NCBI GenBank assembly: GCA_010093995.1
Contig: ML992502.1
Location: forward strand, 1,584,312-1,648,311
DNA: 64,000 nucleotides
Direction: 5' to 3'
DNA from: Elsinoe ampelina
Taxonomy: Eukaryota
Below, piece after piece: positions 1 to 11,270 of this stretch (position 1 is its first letter; the number at the start of each line of letters is the position of its first letter). The position numbers and the translations under genes are program-made. The notes under the pieces are model-generated. The model was not told the origin of the DNA and did no database searches. It saw only the letters and a list, made by a program, of their open reading frames with translations.

Positions 1-130
1 ACATAAATACTTAACCTAATAAACTAAGAGATAGATAAATTAATAGAACTCCTAAGTAATAACAGATTAAGACAATAACTATCTAATTTAATTATGAATT
101 AGTAGAGTAGTAGATAAGTGTTTAGTTCTA
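1..130. repeat. AT/TpA-rich block, probable edge of a RIP-mutated repeat
   Basis: Abruptly AT-rich with dense TpA and many TAA/TAG, no CpG; composition returns to normal after ~130. Only the edge is visible. Confidence 0.5.
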
Positions 131-351
131 CCAGGGGATGAACTGAATCAGGGTCCTTCTTGGCGCTCTAGCTTATACCTCGGTTGACATTCCAAGATTT
201 TGAAAATTGCGCGGAGATAAGCTATTGAACCGAACAGGTAGAAGGGGGTACATAGCAGAATCGTACCCCAGCGGCTGTCTCGACAGTTTAGTCGCGATTT
301 TTTCATTTTTTCCGTGAAGCCTGTTGAGCGCTCCCAAGGGATGTCATGAAT

Positions 352-2898
352 CTACGAGCTATCTTCATCCACGTCGATGGCGTCTGGATTCATCAACCCT
401 TCCTTCCTCTCCCCGTTGCCCTCCCCGTTGCCCTCCCCGGTGTGCCCAGGCGGCTCATATGTCCCCCCAACCGGCCCTGTGCTGGCCGGGACGAACCCGA
501 CTGGCGCTCTTGCCTGCCTTTCCAGCGCGGCCATTGCATCTGCTTTCTCCTGGCCTGCCGAGGCGAGACCGTTGGTGGCGGCGGCTTGTTGCGCTTGTTG
601 ATTGACGGCTTGGGAGGCGATGTAGGATACGTCGGTGCTGGGCTTTGTTAGCAAGATTGATCTTGAGATGATGGATGGGCACACGACATACTTGAACTGC
701 GCCTGCACACTCCTCTTGACGCGCAACATCTCCTTGAACGTATCCTCGTTCCCGTGCTGGACTTCGAATTCTTCCCAGCGCTTCCAGTACGCCGCCTCCC
801 GTCTCGGGTCCGCGAACTGGCTGCCGTGGCCGTAGATGGCTCTCGCACGGTCGACTTCGCCCAACCGCCGCTCCATCTCTGCGAAGCGGAGACACATTTC
901 TCTCGCTTCGTTGTCGGGCAAAGCGGAAATAGCGCGTTCGTAGATCGGTCGCGTCGAGGTGAGACCGAAATTACTCGCGGATTTCGTGATGTGGAACTCG
1001 AACATCTCCAGCCGGTCGGCGTCGTCGACTTCTCGCGTGGCGCGGTCGTAGATGCGCATGGCGTGCCGGGCGAGACCGCGTTCTTCTTCCAGGGCACCGT
1101 ACATGAGGTATAGAGTCTTGGCGAACTTTGGTGGGCAGCCGTCGACGGCTTGCTCGAAGAGGTCGCGGAGGCGTTCGACGCTGATCTTGCGGTCGACCGC
1201 TTTGCTGAGGTAGAGGTTCCAGAGTTCGAAGGCGACGGGGTAGGAGAAGAGGTCAAGGCCGCGCTCGTAGATTTTGAAGCTTTCTTCGAAGTATTCGTTT
1301 TCTTCGAGGAGGTTGGCGTAGTTGACTACGGTTTGCGGTGTGGCGATTCGGAGCTCGAAGATACGCTCGTAGACTTTTCGGGTCTCGTCGAGGCTGCTGA
1401 CGCTTTCGACCAGGTCCACGTAGAATGACCAGAGCTTCCAGGATTTGTGCACACGCTGTTGAGGACTGAGTGTGTCATCGAAATAGTCGACATTCGATCG
1501 CTTCGGGGCTTGTGTCGCCTTTGCCATGACCGCCACCGCATTGTCGAATGCTTCATTCCGTAGTTCGAGCTCGGCCCATTCAATGTACATCTCCGCAAGC
1601 TCATTGACTGACTTGAATGGTACCTTGACAGCCTTCTCCAGGATAACTCGTGCGTTCCGCAAGTCGTTGTGGGATTCGTAGAATTTGGCATAATTCGACC
1701 AGAGCTGGTGAAAACGACCGATGGCTTTCTTTGGGTTGATCGCAGCGATCGCAGATGTGTATGTGTTCACCACTTCCTGCTTGTTATCGCCCCACAATGC
1801 CACCCGCTTCTCCCATTCGTTGACATTCGATGGGTTCTGGCGAAGCAGTACATCGTTCAGCAAGAACGGTCGACGATCCATCAGCGACTCGAATCGCAAC
1901 ATATGAATGTCCAGATCCAAGTCAGCATCAACATCGGAAATGTTCTTCGCTGATCGATTTGCCGCAGCGTCCATCTTCATGGAAATGAGAGCCTCCTCAG
2001 CCTCGGCGTAAGTGTCAAAGATCATGCTGAAGTCGCGCACTGTCATGACCGTTGTGATGCCCTCTTCAAATATGTCTCTCGCCCGTTCGTACGACCCCAG
2101 GTTGATGTAGTACCGCGCGAGTCCGATGTGGAGGATACCTCGTTGATCCGGGAAACGAGCAATACCACTCCTGACTATCCGTTCAACGTCAATTCCGGTC
2201 TCTATGCCAGTCTCGACCTGCCGCGCGTGGTCAATGATCAACTCCAGCATCTCCGTCCACATCTGAAATGGGCCCTTTGCTTCTCTGGACTTGAACTTCG
2301 GGTTGTTCAAGATCTTAATATATTCCTGCACCGCTGCCGTGTACTTTCTGTGCTCCACCAGCAGCTCCACAAAATCTTCTGCGAACTCTGGATGCGTCTG
2401 TATATATCTCCGCCAGATCTTCACTGCTGTCGCACCACCAGCTGAATTGGCAAATGGTCGGTAAATCTTCCATATCCGGTCATGCTGGGTGGTTGGCAAT
2501 GCTCTCAAAGCACGATCAAAAGTCCTTCTCGTCTGCGTGACTAATGGCTGTTGGCACAAAAATGTGAGGTACATCTCCCAGATCCGCGGCATCTTGTTGA
2601 GCAAAATGAGGGCCCTCTCGAAGAGCGCATTGACCTTGTTGTATTCCGACTGGTGTCGTGCAGGATTTCTGCTCTTCAGATGCTTGACCCGTAGCTCCAG
2701 ATACATCTTCCATAGCTTGTAGCTCCTCGGCAGAGCTCTGCATGCGCGTTCCAGAACGAAAGACTGCTCCAGCAAAGATCCAGTCTGTCTCTTATATCCC
2801 ACGAAGTCCAGCCAAGGTCGTAGCGCTGCCGGATTCCGTATTATCTCATTCTCGTACACCACATCGTTATCCTGAATGAGAAACAGATCGGAAGACAT
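352..2898 (-). CDS. SYF1: Pre-mRNA splicing factor Syf1 (XAB2), HAT/TPR repeats
   Basis: LPRSYKLWKMYL, LLRQNPSNVNEW, FEVQHGNEDTFKEMLRVKRSVQA. 54-nt in-frame intron 691-638. Start at ATG 2898 or upstream in-frame ATG 2994. Confidence 0.95.
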   Translation of the reverse strand: MSSDLFLIQDNDVVYENEIIRNPAALRPWLDFVGYKRQTGSLLEQSFVLERACRALPRSYKLWKMYLELRVKHLKSRNPARHQSEYNKVNALFERALILLNKMPRIWEMYLTFLCQQPLVTQTRRTFDRALRALPTTQHDRIWKIYRPFANSAGGATAVKIWRRYIQTHPEFAEDFVELLVEHRKYTAAVQEYIKILNNPKFKSREAKGPFQMWTEMLELIIDHARQVETGIETGIDVERIVRSGIARFPDQRGILHIGLARYYINLGSYERARDIFEEGITTVMTVRDFSMIFDTYAEAEEALISMKMDAAANRSAKNISDVDADLDLDIHMLRFESLMDRRPFLLNDVLLRQNPSNVNEWEKRVALWGDNKQEVVNTYTSAIAAINPKKAIGRFHQLWSNYAKFYESHNDLRNARVILEKAVKVPFKSVNELAEMYIEWAELELRNEAFDNAVAVMAKATQAPKRSNVDYFDDTLSPQQRVHKSWKLWSFYVDLVESVSSLDETRKVYERIFELRIATPQTVVNYANLLEENEYFEESFKIYERGLDLFSYPVAFELWNLYLSKAVDRKISVERLRDLFEQAVDGCPPKFAKTLYLMYGALEEERGLARHAMRIYDRATREVDDADRLEMFEFHITKSASNFGLTSTRPIYERAISALPDNEAREMCLRFAEMERRLGEVDRARAIYGHGSQFADPRREAAYWKRWEEFEVQHGNEDTFKEMLRVKRSVQAQFKYVVCPSIISRSILLTKPSTDVSYIASQAVNQQAQQAAATNGLASAGQEKADAMAALERQARAPVGFVPASTGPVGGTYEPPGHTGEGNGEGNGERKEGLMNPDAIDVDEDSS

Positions 2899-3210
2899 GG
2901 TTGGCGTGCTGGGCGCCGAAGCGCCTTTCGCTTTCGACTTTCCAAAGGCGACGATGAACGGCGGAGTGATAGTCCGGAGAAGGGCACCAGGCATTGCCAA
3001 TATCAGTGAAGCAGGCAATGTGCTCCGGCCACGGGGCGCAAGAGGGAAAAAAGTGAAGGGGTGCTGTCGCGACGTGGAGTTGAAAATGACGGGCTTGGCG
3101 TCGAGCTCTCCGAAACAACGTCACTTTGTTGGCGGAGCCTTATCACTTGCGATCTTAAAGGACAGACTTCTGCTGTTTGCTCCTACTAGAACAATAAGCA
3201 ACTTGGCAAC

Positions 3211-4129
3211 ATGTCTGGAGCAGGAGTGAGTCGAGAACAAGTAGCACAAACGATTGGTGCTGACAATTTTGTAGGACAGGGAAGCAGTCTTTCCCACCCG
3301 GCAGTCGCTGGGTGCGATGAAGGGAAAGCTGAAGGGCGCAAAGACTGGACACGACCTGCTGAAGCGAAAGAGTGAAGCTCTGACAAAGTCAGACCATGCG
3401 GTTCCTGCTAGGAATTTCTGAGCTGACCTGAACCGCAGGCGTTTCCGAGAGATCACACGGCGCATCGATGAAGCCAAGCGGAAGATGGGACGGGTCATGC
3501 AGATTGCGGCTTTTTCCCTTGCCGAGGTCACATACGCATTCGGTGGTATTGGTATGGGATATCAAATACAAGAGTCGGTACGATCGGCCAAGTTCCGGGT
3601 GCGAACGAAACAGGAGAACGTCTCTGGTGTCTTCCTTCCAGCCTTTGAGAGCTTCCAGACGGAAGGCAACAACGACTTTGGATTGACTGGCTTGGGTAAA
3701 GGTGGTCAGCAGGTGCAGAAGTGTCGCGAGACCTACGTGAGGGCTGTGGAGACACTGGTGGAATTGGCGAGCTTGCAGACAGCTTTTGTCATTCTGGATG
3801 AAGTCATCAAGGTTGTGAACCGGAGAGTCAACGCCATGTAGGTTCTGCAATCTGTGTGCACACACCCTTTACTAACAGGCTATAGCGAGCACGTCATCAT
3901 TCCCAGGACCGAGAACACAATCAAGTACATCAATTCGGAACTGGATGAGCTGGACAGAGAGGAGTTCTTCAGGCTGAAAAAGGTGTCGAACAAGAAAGAA
4001 AGGGATGCACAAGCAGAGGAAAAGGCAAGGCAGGAGAAAAAGAAGAAGAGTCAGGGTAGTGACAAGGAGAACGATGGCCCTTCGGAAGATATTCTGGGAG
4101 AGCAAGGAGACGAGGATGTGATTTTTTAG
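3211..4129 (+). CDS. VMA8: V-type ATPase subunit D
   Basis: Spliced MSGAG/[66 protein letters not shown]; 3 introns. Confidence 0.95.
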
Positions 4130-4235
4130 GGTAGCATGGTCGATTTTGATATCCGCTGCTGTGTGATAGCCACGAACGAGCACTTCCCATTTGAGCATTC
4201 GTTTCCAACGCCAGGTTGTTCCTCTTCCTAACCCA

Positions 4236-5118
4236 CTACTTGCGCTGGTAAGTGACCTTGAGTTTGGAATCTGCAAGCTGCATGCCTGAAGTTGCGTTCT
4301 TCGCGCTGATAGCACCCCCGAGGTCGTTGTAGTGCACAAAACCGAGACCAGGTCTGCCAGGCACCTCCAGGTATTCCTTGAAGTCTGGAAAACGACCGAA
4401 GATAAGTGTCATCATGTCGACCGTATAACTCTCGGGCACGCCAGAGACCATGAGGGTTGTGTTTGGCGATAGATGCTCGTCGGGAACCACTCCGACACGA
4501 GCCTGCTTCGGTCTCTCAGATTCCAGGTCGTCTGGCGCGGGTCTTTTCTTGCGCTCGGCCGCAGCGGCTGCTTGCTTCCTTTCTGGTAGACTTTAGCGTA
4601 TATCCAAATCCTATAGATTTAGGATTAATCATACCCTTCTCCGTCAGACGCTGTCGTTTGTGCTGCTCGAACTCTTCCTCGGTGCCTTCACGCTGGACAG
4701 TCGCATCGCTCTTGGTCTTCGCGAACTGGCAATTGATCTGTCTATCGAAGAGTTCGAAGCCGTTGATTTCGTCGATGGCATTTTGGGCTGATTCGGCACT
4801 GTCGAAGACCACAAAAGCCTGTCCTTTGCGCTTCAGGCTCTTCTTTGCGACTATGTCGATAATGTTGCCGTATTCGGCGAAGATTTCGCGAAGTGATTCG
4901 ACTAGGGTAGGGATCTTGACGTTTTCATCGAGGTTTCTGACCTGCTTGTTGTTAGCGCCGGCTTGTGGAACTGGTAATGGCAGCTTTACGTAGACACTAT
5001 ATCAAAAGAACAAATAACAAAGTTAGCCTTGTTCCTTCATCGCAGGTTCGTACTCGGTGCAATGTACGAACGTTGCGTTTGGAGCAATCTCTTCATCCTT
5101 GACCCCTCTTCCATCCAT
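4236..5118 (-). CDS. U1 snRNP protein A (U1A/U2B''/SNF family, two RRMs)
   Basis: Spliced MDGRGVKDEEIAPNA-T-VY-VRNLDENVKI...IDIVAKKSLKRKGQAFVVF..FAKTKSD; second RRM PNTTL..KVTYQRK. Introns 5071-4997, 4989-4942 and one near 4634-4583; 7-nt micro-exon 4996-4990. Confidence 0.9.
5041..5077 (-). promoter_or_regulatory. U1A-binding-site-like RNA hairpin overlapping the intron 1 donor of the U1A gene
   Basis: Transcript reads CGCA AC GUUCGUAC AUUGCACCGA GUACGAAC C UGCG: perfect 8-bp stem, C-G closing pair, 10-nt loop starting AUUGCAC. Confidence 0.8.
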
Positions 5119-5841
5119 ATTGACTGATTAAGTACGACTTTCGCGTATCTGGTGTTGCAGAGTGAAGATGGGTGGAGGCTGGTGGACCATGCAGCCAAGC
5201 TTAGTCAGCGCAGACGGGGGAATGCGGCTCAAGCCTCTCGACTCGCAAAAGTTTGGGTCCCTTTTCCGTAACTCGAAATGTGTGGCTTGTTGCAATAGCT
5301 ATTACGACACGAGGATTTGATTAAGAGATCTGGTAGTTACAGGCGTAGCTAATAACTACCAGAACTATCTGCAAGCCTGATTTAAGGCTTATAACTACAG
5401 TGTTGACGGAGTTATAGGTATAGCAAGTCAATACTCAGCCGAGATAGTGTTAGAGAGGACTCAAACTTTTGCGAGTGGAGAGGTCATCTCTGAGGTAAAC
5501 CTATAAACCGCTGTCTCTTTTACTTCTCACACAAGCTGATCAGATTCGATCGTGGACTCTTCCACTTCAACAATGCTCACGCTCCAGCGTCATCAGTGAA
5601 ATGACTTTGACCTGAAGTCGCACTATTTTCAGTTTCGGCAAACTGCAGGTGATCTCTGGATGGGTCCGAATTGAGTTCGCAGAGAGGGCTCGGCCTCGAG
5701 GAACCCCTCACTTGCACCGGTCCAGGCTCCTGGCTACGCTGATCCTACAGGTGTGACGAAGTGCTTGAAGCAGCGTTTCGAAACATGCATCGAGGTGCGT
5801 CTATGTGATACACGGTCAAAATACTGGTAAGTATCATTTCA

Positions 5842-7035
5842 ATGTCACAATACACCATTCCTTGCAAAGGCATTGTCGCCTACTCCGAGCACGAGTGGAA
5901 ATGGGAGGAGTTGTTGACCAGGGAGCCTGAGGCGGACGAGTTCCTGGTCGATTTGATCGCCACGGGAGTCTGTCACACGGATATCACGGGCTATGGTGGC
6001 ATCTATCCCCGCGTGCTAGGCCATGAAGGTGAATCACGCCCTCATGTTTCGCTGTGTTGGCAATTGACGAGTTTTCTAGGTGCTGGGCGTATCGTCCGCC
6101 TCGGAAGCAACAAGCTGAAATCAAAGTTCGCAGAAGGTGACCTGGTGATCCTATCAGCCGCCTCCTGCCAGGATTGCCATTACTGCAATACAGGACACCC
6201 TGCATACTGCCAGAACCATGCAGCAGTCACGCTCAGAGCGAACGAGCCGACCTTTGTCCTGGCCTCCGACAAGTCCAAGGTGATTGGTGGAGGCTACTTT
6301 GGTCAGTCCAGCTTCGCCAACCCAACCCCTGTCAAGGCCAGCTGCGCCGCCAACGTGACGAAGATGGTGCATGACGCCGAAGAGCTCAAGCTGTTTGCAC
6401 CACTCGGGTGCGGCATCATGACGGGTGCTGGAGCAATCACGCATGTCGGGAAGTGTCAGCCCGACGATGTGGTGGCAGTGGTAGGACTTGGAGGGGTGGG
6501 CCTTGCTGGTATCGCTGCCGCGAAGCATCTGGGCGTGAAGACCATCATCGCGGCAGACCTGTTGGAGTCACGGGTCGACTTAGCCTTGGACATGGGTGCC
6601 ACTCATGGTCTGGTGTCATCGGCAGAAGCTCTCAAGGCAGATGGACATGAAGACATGTCAATTGCGTTGCGCTCCAAATCACCTGGAGGTCTCGGCTGTA
6701 CGCATATTCTGGACACCAGTCCATCAGTCGCTGTTTTGAGCGCATGTCTTGAGGCTTTGCAGAACAACGGCACGGTGCTACAAGTTGGGGTCAAGCCAGT
6801 TGGTGCGAAGCTAGATTTGGATCTGTTGACGCATATGGTACATGGCAGACGCCTCGTAGGTGTGATCGAAGGAGATAGGGATCCTGCAGAAGCACTACCA
6901 GAACTCGTGCAATGGTGCAAAGATGGCACATTGCCAGTTGCCAAGCTGTTGAAGAATTATGCGGTCAAGGACTTTGACGCAGCACGTAAAGCTATGGAAA
7001 AGGGCGATGTGATCAAGGGTGTGCTCATTTGGTAG
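5842..7035 (+). CDS. Zn-dependent (MDR) alcohol dehydrogenase, aryl-alcohol dehydrogenase-like
   Basis: GVCHTD, LGHEG, CxxCxxCx7C, PLGCGIMTG, GLGGVG; 51-nt in-frame intron 6029-6079. Confidence 0.9.
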   Translation: MSQYTIPCKGIVAYSEHEWKWEELLTREPEADEFLVDLIATGVCHTDITGYGGIYPRVLGHEGESRPHVSLCWQLTSFLGAGRIVRLGSNKLKSKFAEGDLVILSAASCQDCHYCNTGHPAYCQNHAAVTLRANEPTFVLASDKSKVIGGGYFGQSSFANPTPVKASCAANVTKMVHDAEELKLFAPLGCGIMTGAGAITHVGKCQPDDVVAVVGLGGVGLAGIAAAKHLGVKTIIAADLLESRVDLALDMGATHGLVSSAEALKADGHEDMSIALRSKSPGGLGCTHILDTSPSVAVLSACLEALQNNGTVLQVGVKPVGAKLDLDLLTHMVHGRRLVGVIEGDRDPAEALPELVQWCKDGTLPVAKLLKNYAVKDFDAARKAMEKGDVIKGVLIW

Positions 7036-7304
7036 CTTCGTAGTTTACCTGAACTTATCTAGCATACAGCTCATCTGCCCTAACTACCACTCCGATCCCC
7101 TCAATCGTTGTGGATCTGGAGAGATCTTGATTGGAGCTTGGGACACGCGTTCCTGAAGATCCGATCTCAGATGAGCGACGTCAGCGATGCATCACCAATC
7201 AATGACCCCGACTCTTTTTCCATCGCACTCTCACCACGCGAATACCTCGTGGCGGAGATTATTCCAGCACATTGTTGACCTCGTCTTGGTCAGAAATAAT
7301 CAGG

Positions 7305-8841
7305 ATGGAGATGGCTAATAAACACCTGGTGAAAATCAAGAACACCTTCCAGATCTCTCCGGACTATAGCGTCAAGCCAGCCGGACTATCATGGCGGAGC
7401 AACACCTTCTTCATTGTCTCAACGGTAGCAGTGGGTCTGTTCACTGATCTGTTTCTTTATGGACTGGTAGTTCCTATTCTACCTTTCATGCTGAAGCAAA
7501 GAATTGGTGTTCCCGAAGAACAGGTTCAATCTCATGTTGATGGATTACTCGCTGCATACGCTGGAGCTTCGGTTCTGTGCAGCCCACTTGCTGGGTATCT
7601 AGCCGACAAGACGTCGACGAGGCAGGCTCCCTTCTTACTCGGACTGACGGCACTGCTATTTGCTACACTTCTGCTGTTCGTTGGTCAGAATGTCCCAACT
7701 CTGGTAGTGGCTCGTGTGCTTCAAGGGATTAGTGCTGCGTTCGTATGGACGATTGGTCTGGCACTGTGTCTGGAGACTGTCGGTCCCGAGAATCTTGGAA
7801 AGACTATTGGTTCGGTCAGTGCGATGATGGTTAAGTATGAGTGGATTCTGATGATTATCATAGATCTTTAGCTTCATCTCAGTGGGCAATCTCCTGTCTC
7901 CAATGCTAGGAGGCATTCTATACTCCAAGACTGGCTTCGCAGGTGTCTTCGGCCTCGCACTGGCTATCCTACTCATTGACTTCACGATGCGAGCTCTGGT
8001 CATTGAGAAGAAGGTTGCAAAGCGATACGAAGCATCGGACCCGCATGCTGGGACTGATCGGAATACGACTTCGGAGCGCCAGGACGGAGTAGAGAACGGC
8101 AACCAGAATGAAAGCGAAGGAGAAGAGGAACCATTGCTCGGCAAGAAGAAGGAGCAGAATTGGAAGCTTTCCGAAAATCAGTCAGCTCTTGCAAGGAAGA
8201 TCAAGATCCTACCACTGCTGTCGGATCCAAGGCTGCTGACGGCCTTCTTGGTCGCTTTCATCCAGGCACTCCTGCTCGGCAACTTTGATGCAACCGTACC
8301 TACCACTGCCGAGGACCTCTTTGGATTCGACTCATTGAAGTCTGGTCTTCTCTTTCTGCCACTGGGGGCATTCGATCTTGTGGTCGGTCCCTTGGCTGGT
8401 TGGTTCGTGGATAAGTACGGCACCAAACCTGGCGCGGTCATCGGATATGGCTACTTGGTCCCAATCCTCGTACTCCTCCGCCTCCCCCACGCGGGCGGTA
8501 AAGATCAGATCATCCTCTACGGCGCACTGCTCGCGCTCTCCGGCATCGGACTGGCTGTTATTGGTGCCCCGTCGATTGTCGAAGCGGGCTCAGTTGTGCA
8601 GAAGTACTATGAAGCCAATCCAGACTTCTTTGGCGAGCAGGGTCCGTATGCTCAGCTCTACGGCTTGAACTCCATGGTCTTCAGTGCTGGTCTCGCAGTC
8701 GGCCCAGAGCTCGCCGGCGAGCTGAAGCAAAAACTCGGCTACGGCAACATGAATATTGTTCTTGCAGCTATCAGTTTTGCGACCGCCGCACTTTGCTTTG
8801 TGTACTTGGGCGGAAAACCGAAGTTCCTCACCAGGAAGTAG
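7305..8841 (+). CDS. MFS transporter (vesicular amine transporter-like)
   Basis: FTDLFLYGLVVPILP, GYLADK, ARVLQGISAA, many TM segments; intron 7815-7863 joins two ORFs. Confidence 0.88.
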
Positions 8842-9332
8842 TAGATGGCAGGCTCCTTCGTTCACACTCTACAGCGCACACAGCTGGCTCTACTCACAGA
8901 TTGCTTTCGAAGGGAAATGTTGGTACCAGTCCGGCAATAGACATAGCTAGGGGCGCGAAAGGGATTGTGTATATATCATGGTATAGATATCTGGCAAGCA
9001 GGTAAAGCTGCTGATTAAATGGCGTGCTCGTCATCGCAAATGAGAGACCCGCATCAAGTGTAAGACAGAATTAGAAATGCCATCTGTCAAATTCCATAAT
9101 CGGACCTTTAAGCCCTTGGCCGGTGGGAAAGTGCGGCTCGTGATAGTGGCTGCAGATCACCTTCGGCAGTGTTTCATCTCCAGACAACTCGTTTCACGAC
9201 CATTTGATCACCTCGTCCGGCGCTGCTCGTTGCTGCTCAAAAAGTCCCTGCCGTCCCGCGATTGACTCATGCCTCTCTACAAATCCCACATGGATCACTT
9301 GACCCACTAATGCTACCAACCCGGTCGTCGTA

Positions 9333-11090
9333 ATGATTGTACCGTCAAAAGCAGCGCTGCTCGCGCTGGCTTCGTTATGCTTTGATCACATTGCAGCAGA
9401 GTCCAGCGCAGAAAGATATCAAAAGATTCTGAAGGATCCGAAAGAGCGAGCAAAATACAGGGCAGCTTGTCCGGCCTACGAGCAATATGCGAGATCACCT
9501 CAGTAAGAGCATTGGACGCGATGAGAGACCTACCACTGACCAATTGTCAGCCAACCCTTCAGCGAGGGGCCCATGGAGCTACCATTCCAACGACCGCAAG
9601 AGCTATGCAGGACATTCGAGTCGGAGCACGTTGAGAAGACGATCGCACATATGAACAATGCGATGAAGGACAAGGACCTGGCGAGGATATTCGAGAATGC
9701 TTTCCCAAATACCCTGGACACGACAGTGAGATGGCACGTGGACGGGTCAGAGAAGCTGGATGACACCTCGGATGGCTTCGACTACGACGACGGGCGATGG
9801 GAAGGACCTCAGTCGTTCATTGTCACGGGAGACATCAATGCTGAGTGGCTGCGCGACTCGACCAACCAGCTGGCTCAATACCAGAGACTCGTCAAGAAGG
9901 ATCCGGCGCTGAACAACCTGATTCTGGGCGCGATCAACACACAGGCAGAGTACGTGATCGAGTCGCCGTACTGCAACGCCTTCCAACCACCTCCTCCATC
10001 AGGGTTGGCTCCTTCAGGCGGCGGAGCCAAGGATAATGTCCATCCTGCCTACGAGCCCTCAAAGGTCTTTGAGTGCAAGTACGAGCTAGACAGCTTGGCC
10101 GCCTTCCTCTCCCTCTCCAATCAGTTCAATAACCACTCTGGGTCAAACGACTTTCTCAACCCGCGATGGTATGCGGCCCTCAAAACCCTCCTTCACACGC
10201 TTGATGAACAAGCGAAGCCCTCATTTGACCCCGAGACTGGCGCTTATGAGCGGAACGAATACACATTCCAACGACACACCGACGCTGGCACCGAGACTCT
10301 CGCCCTAAAAGGTCTCGGCAATCCTCTTGCCGGAGGCACCAATCTCATTCGCTCTGCCTTCCGTCCTTCAGACGACGCAACCATCCTTGGCTTCTTTATC
10401 CCAGCCAACGCCATGATCAGTGTTGAACTTCGCAGAACGGCTACCATCCTCAAAGAAGCCGGCAAGCCTTCCCTATCAAAAGACCTCATCTCCCGGGCCG
10501 ACGCCATCGAGCAAGGCATCTGGGACCACGGTGTCGTCACCCACAAGAAATGGGGCAAAGTCTTTGCATACGAAGTCGACGGCTACGGCTCCTCCATCCT
10601 CATGGACGATGCGAACCTACCATCTCTGCTCGCTCTACCCCTTCTGGGATTCGTAGAGCGAGACAACGAGATCTACCAGAACACAAGGAAGATGATTCTC
10701 TCGCGCGCTGGCAATCCTTACTACTTGGAAGGCAGAGCTTTCCACGGCATTGGAGGTCCGCACATTGGTCTTACTCACGCGTGGCCGATGAGTTTGCTCG
10801 TACAGATCATGACGAGCGAAGATGATGCGGAGATCGAGGCCTGTCTTGCGTTGGTCAAGAAGGCGGCACCGTTGGGGTTGATTCATGAAAGTGTAAATGT
10901 GGAGAAGGTGAGGGATTATACACGTGAGTACACACTAATCTCAAAGCGAAGAGGCATCAGCGGCTGACACGATACAGGACCATGGTTTGCTTGGGCGAAC
11001 AGTGTATTCGCGCAGACGATACTTGATCTGGCGGAAAGGAAACCGCATCTTCTATTTGGCAAGGGAGCAGAACCGTACGTGATCGGTTGA
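9333..11090 (+). CDS. GH125 exo-alpha-1,6-mannosidase-like (DUF1237/Mug157 family), secreted
   Basis: Signal-like MIVPSKAALLALASLC; FENAFPNTLDTT, TGDINAEWLRDS, ECKYELDSL, FRPSDDA, MDDANLPSLL, final exon PWFAWAN; 2 introns. Confidence 0.9.
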
Positions 11091-11270
11091 ACGGTCTTCG
11101 GGAGAGGGACAGCAGCATTGTGAGGTGGACCGGCATCATCAGAGATGGATTAGCGTGGCATATACCATAGATTCTGCATCACCAACCACAACGAGTGAAA
11201 TTTCTACCAATACACTACCTGATACCTGAGCGGATGTACAATGCGTCTAATTTCCAGTTCCATACGCCTC

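Noticed and set aside
406..440. Tandem 12-nt repeat CTCCCCGTTGCC
   Set aside because: Encodes the GEGN repeats in the Syf1 tail; not CRISPR or mobile DNA.
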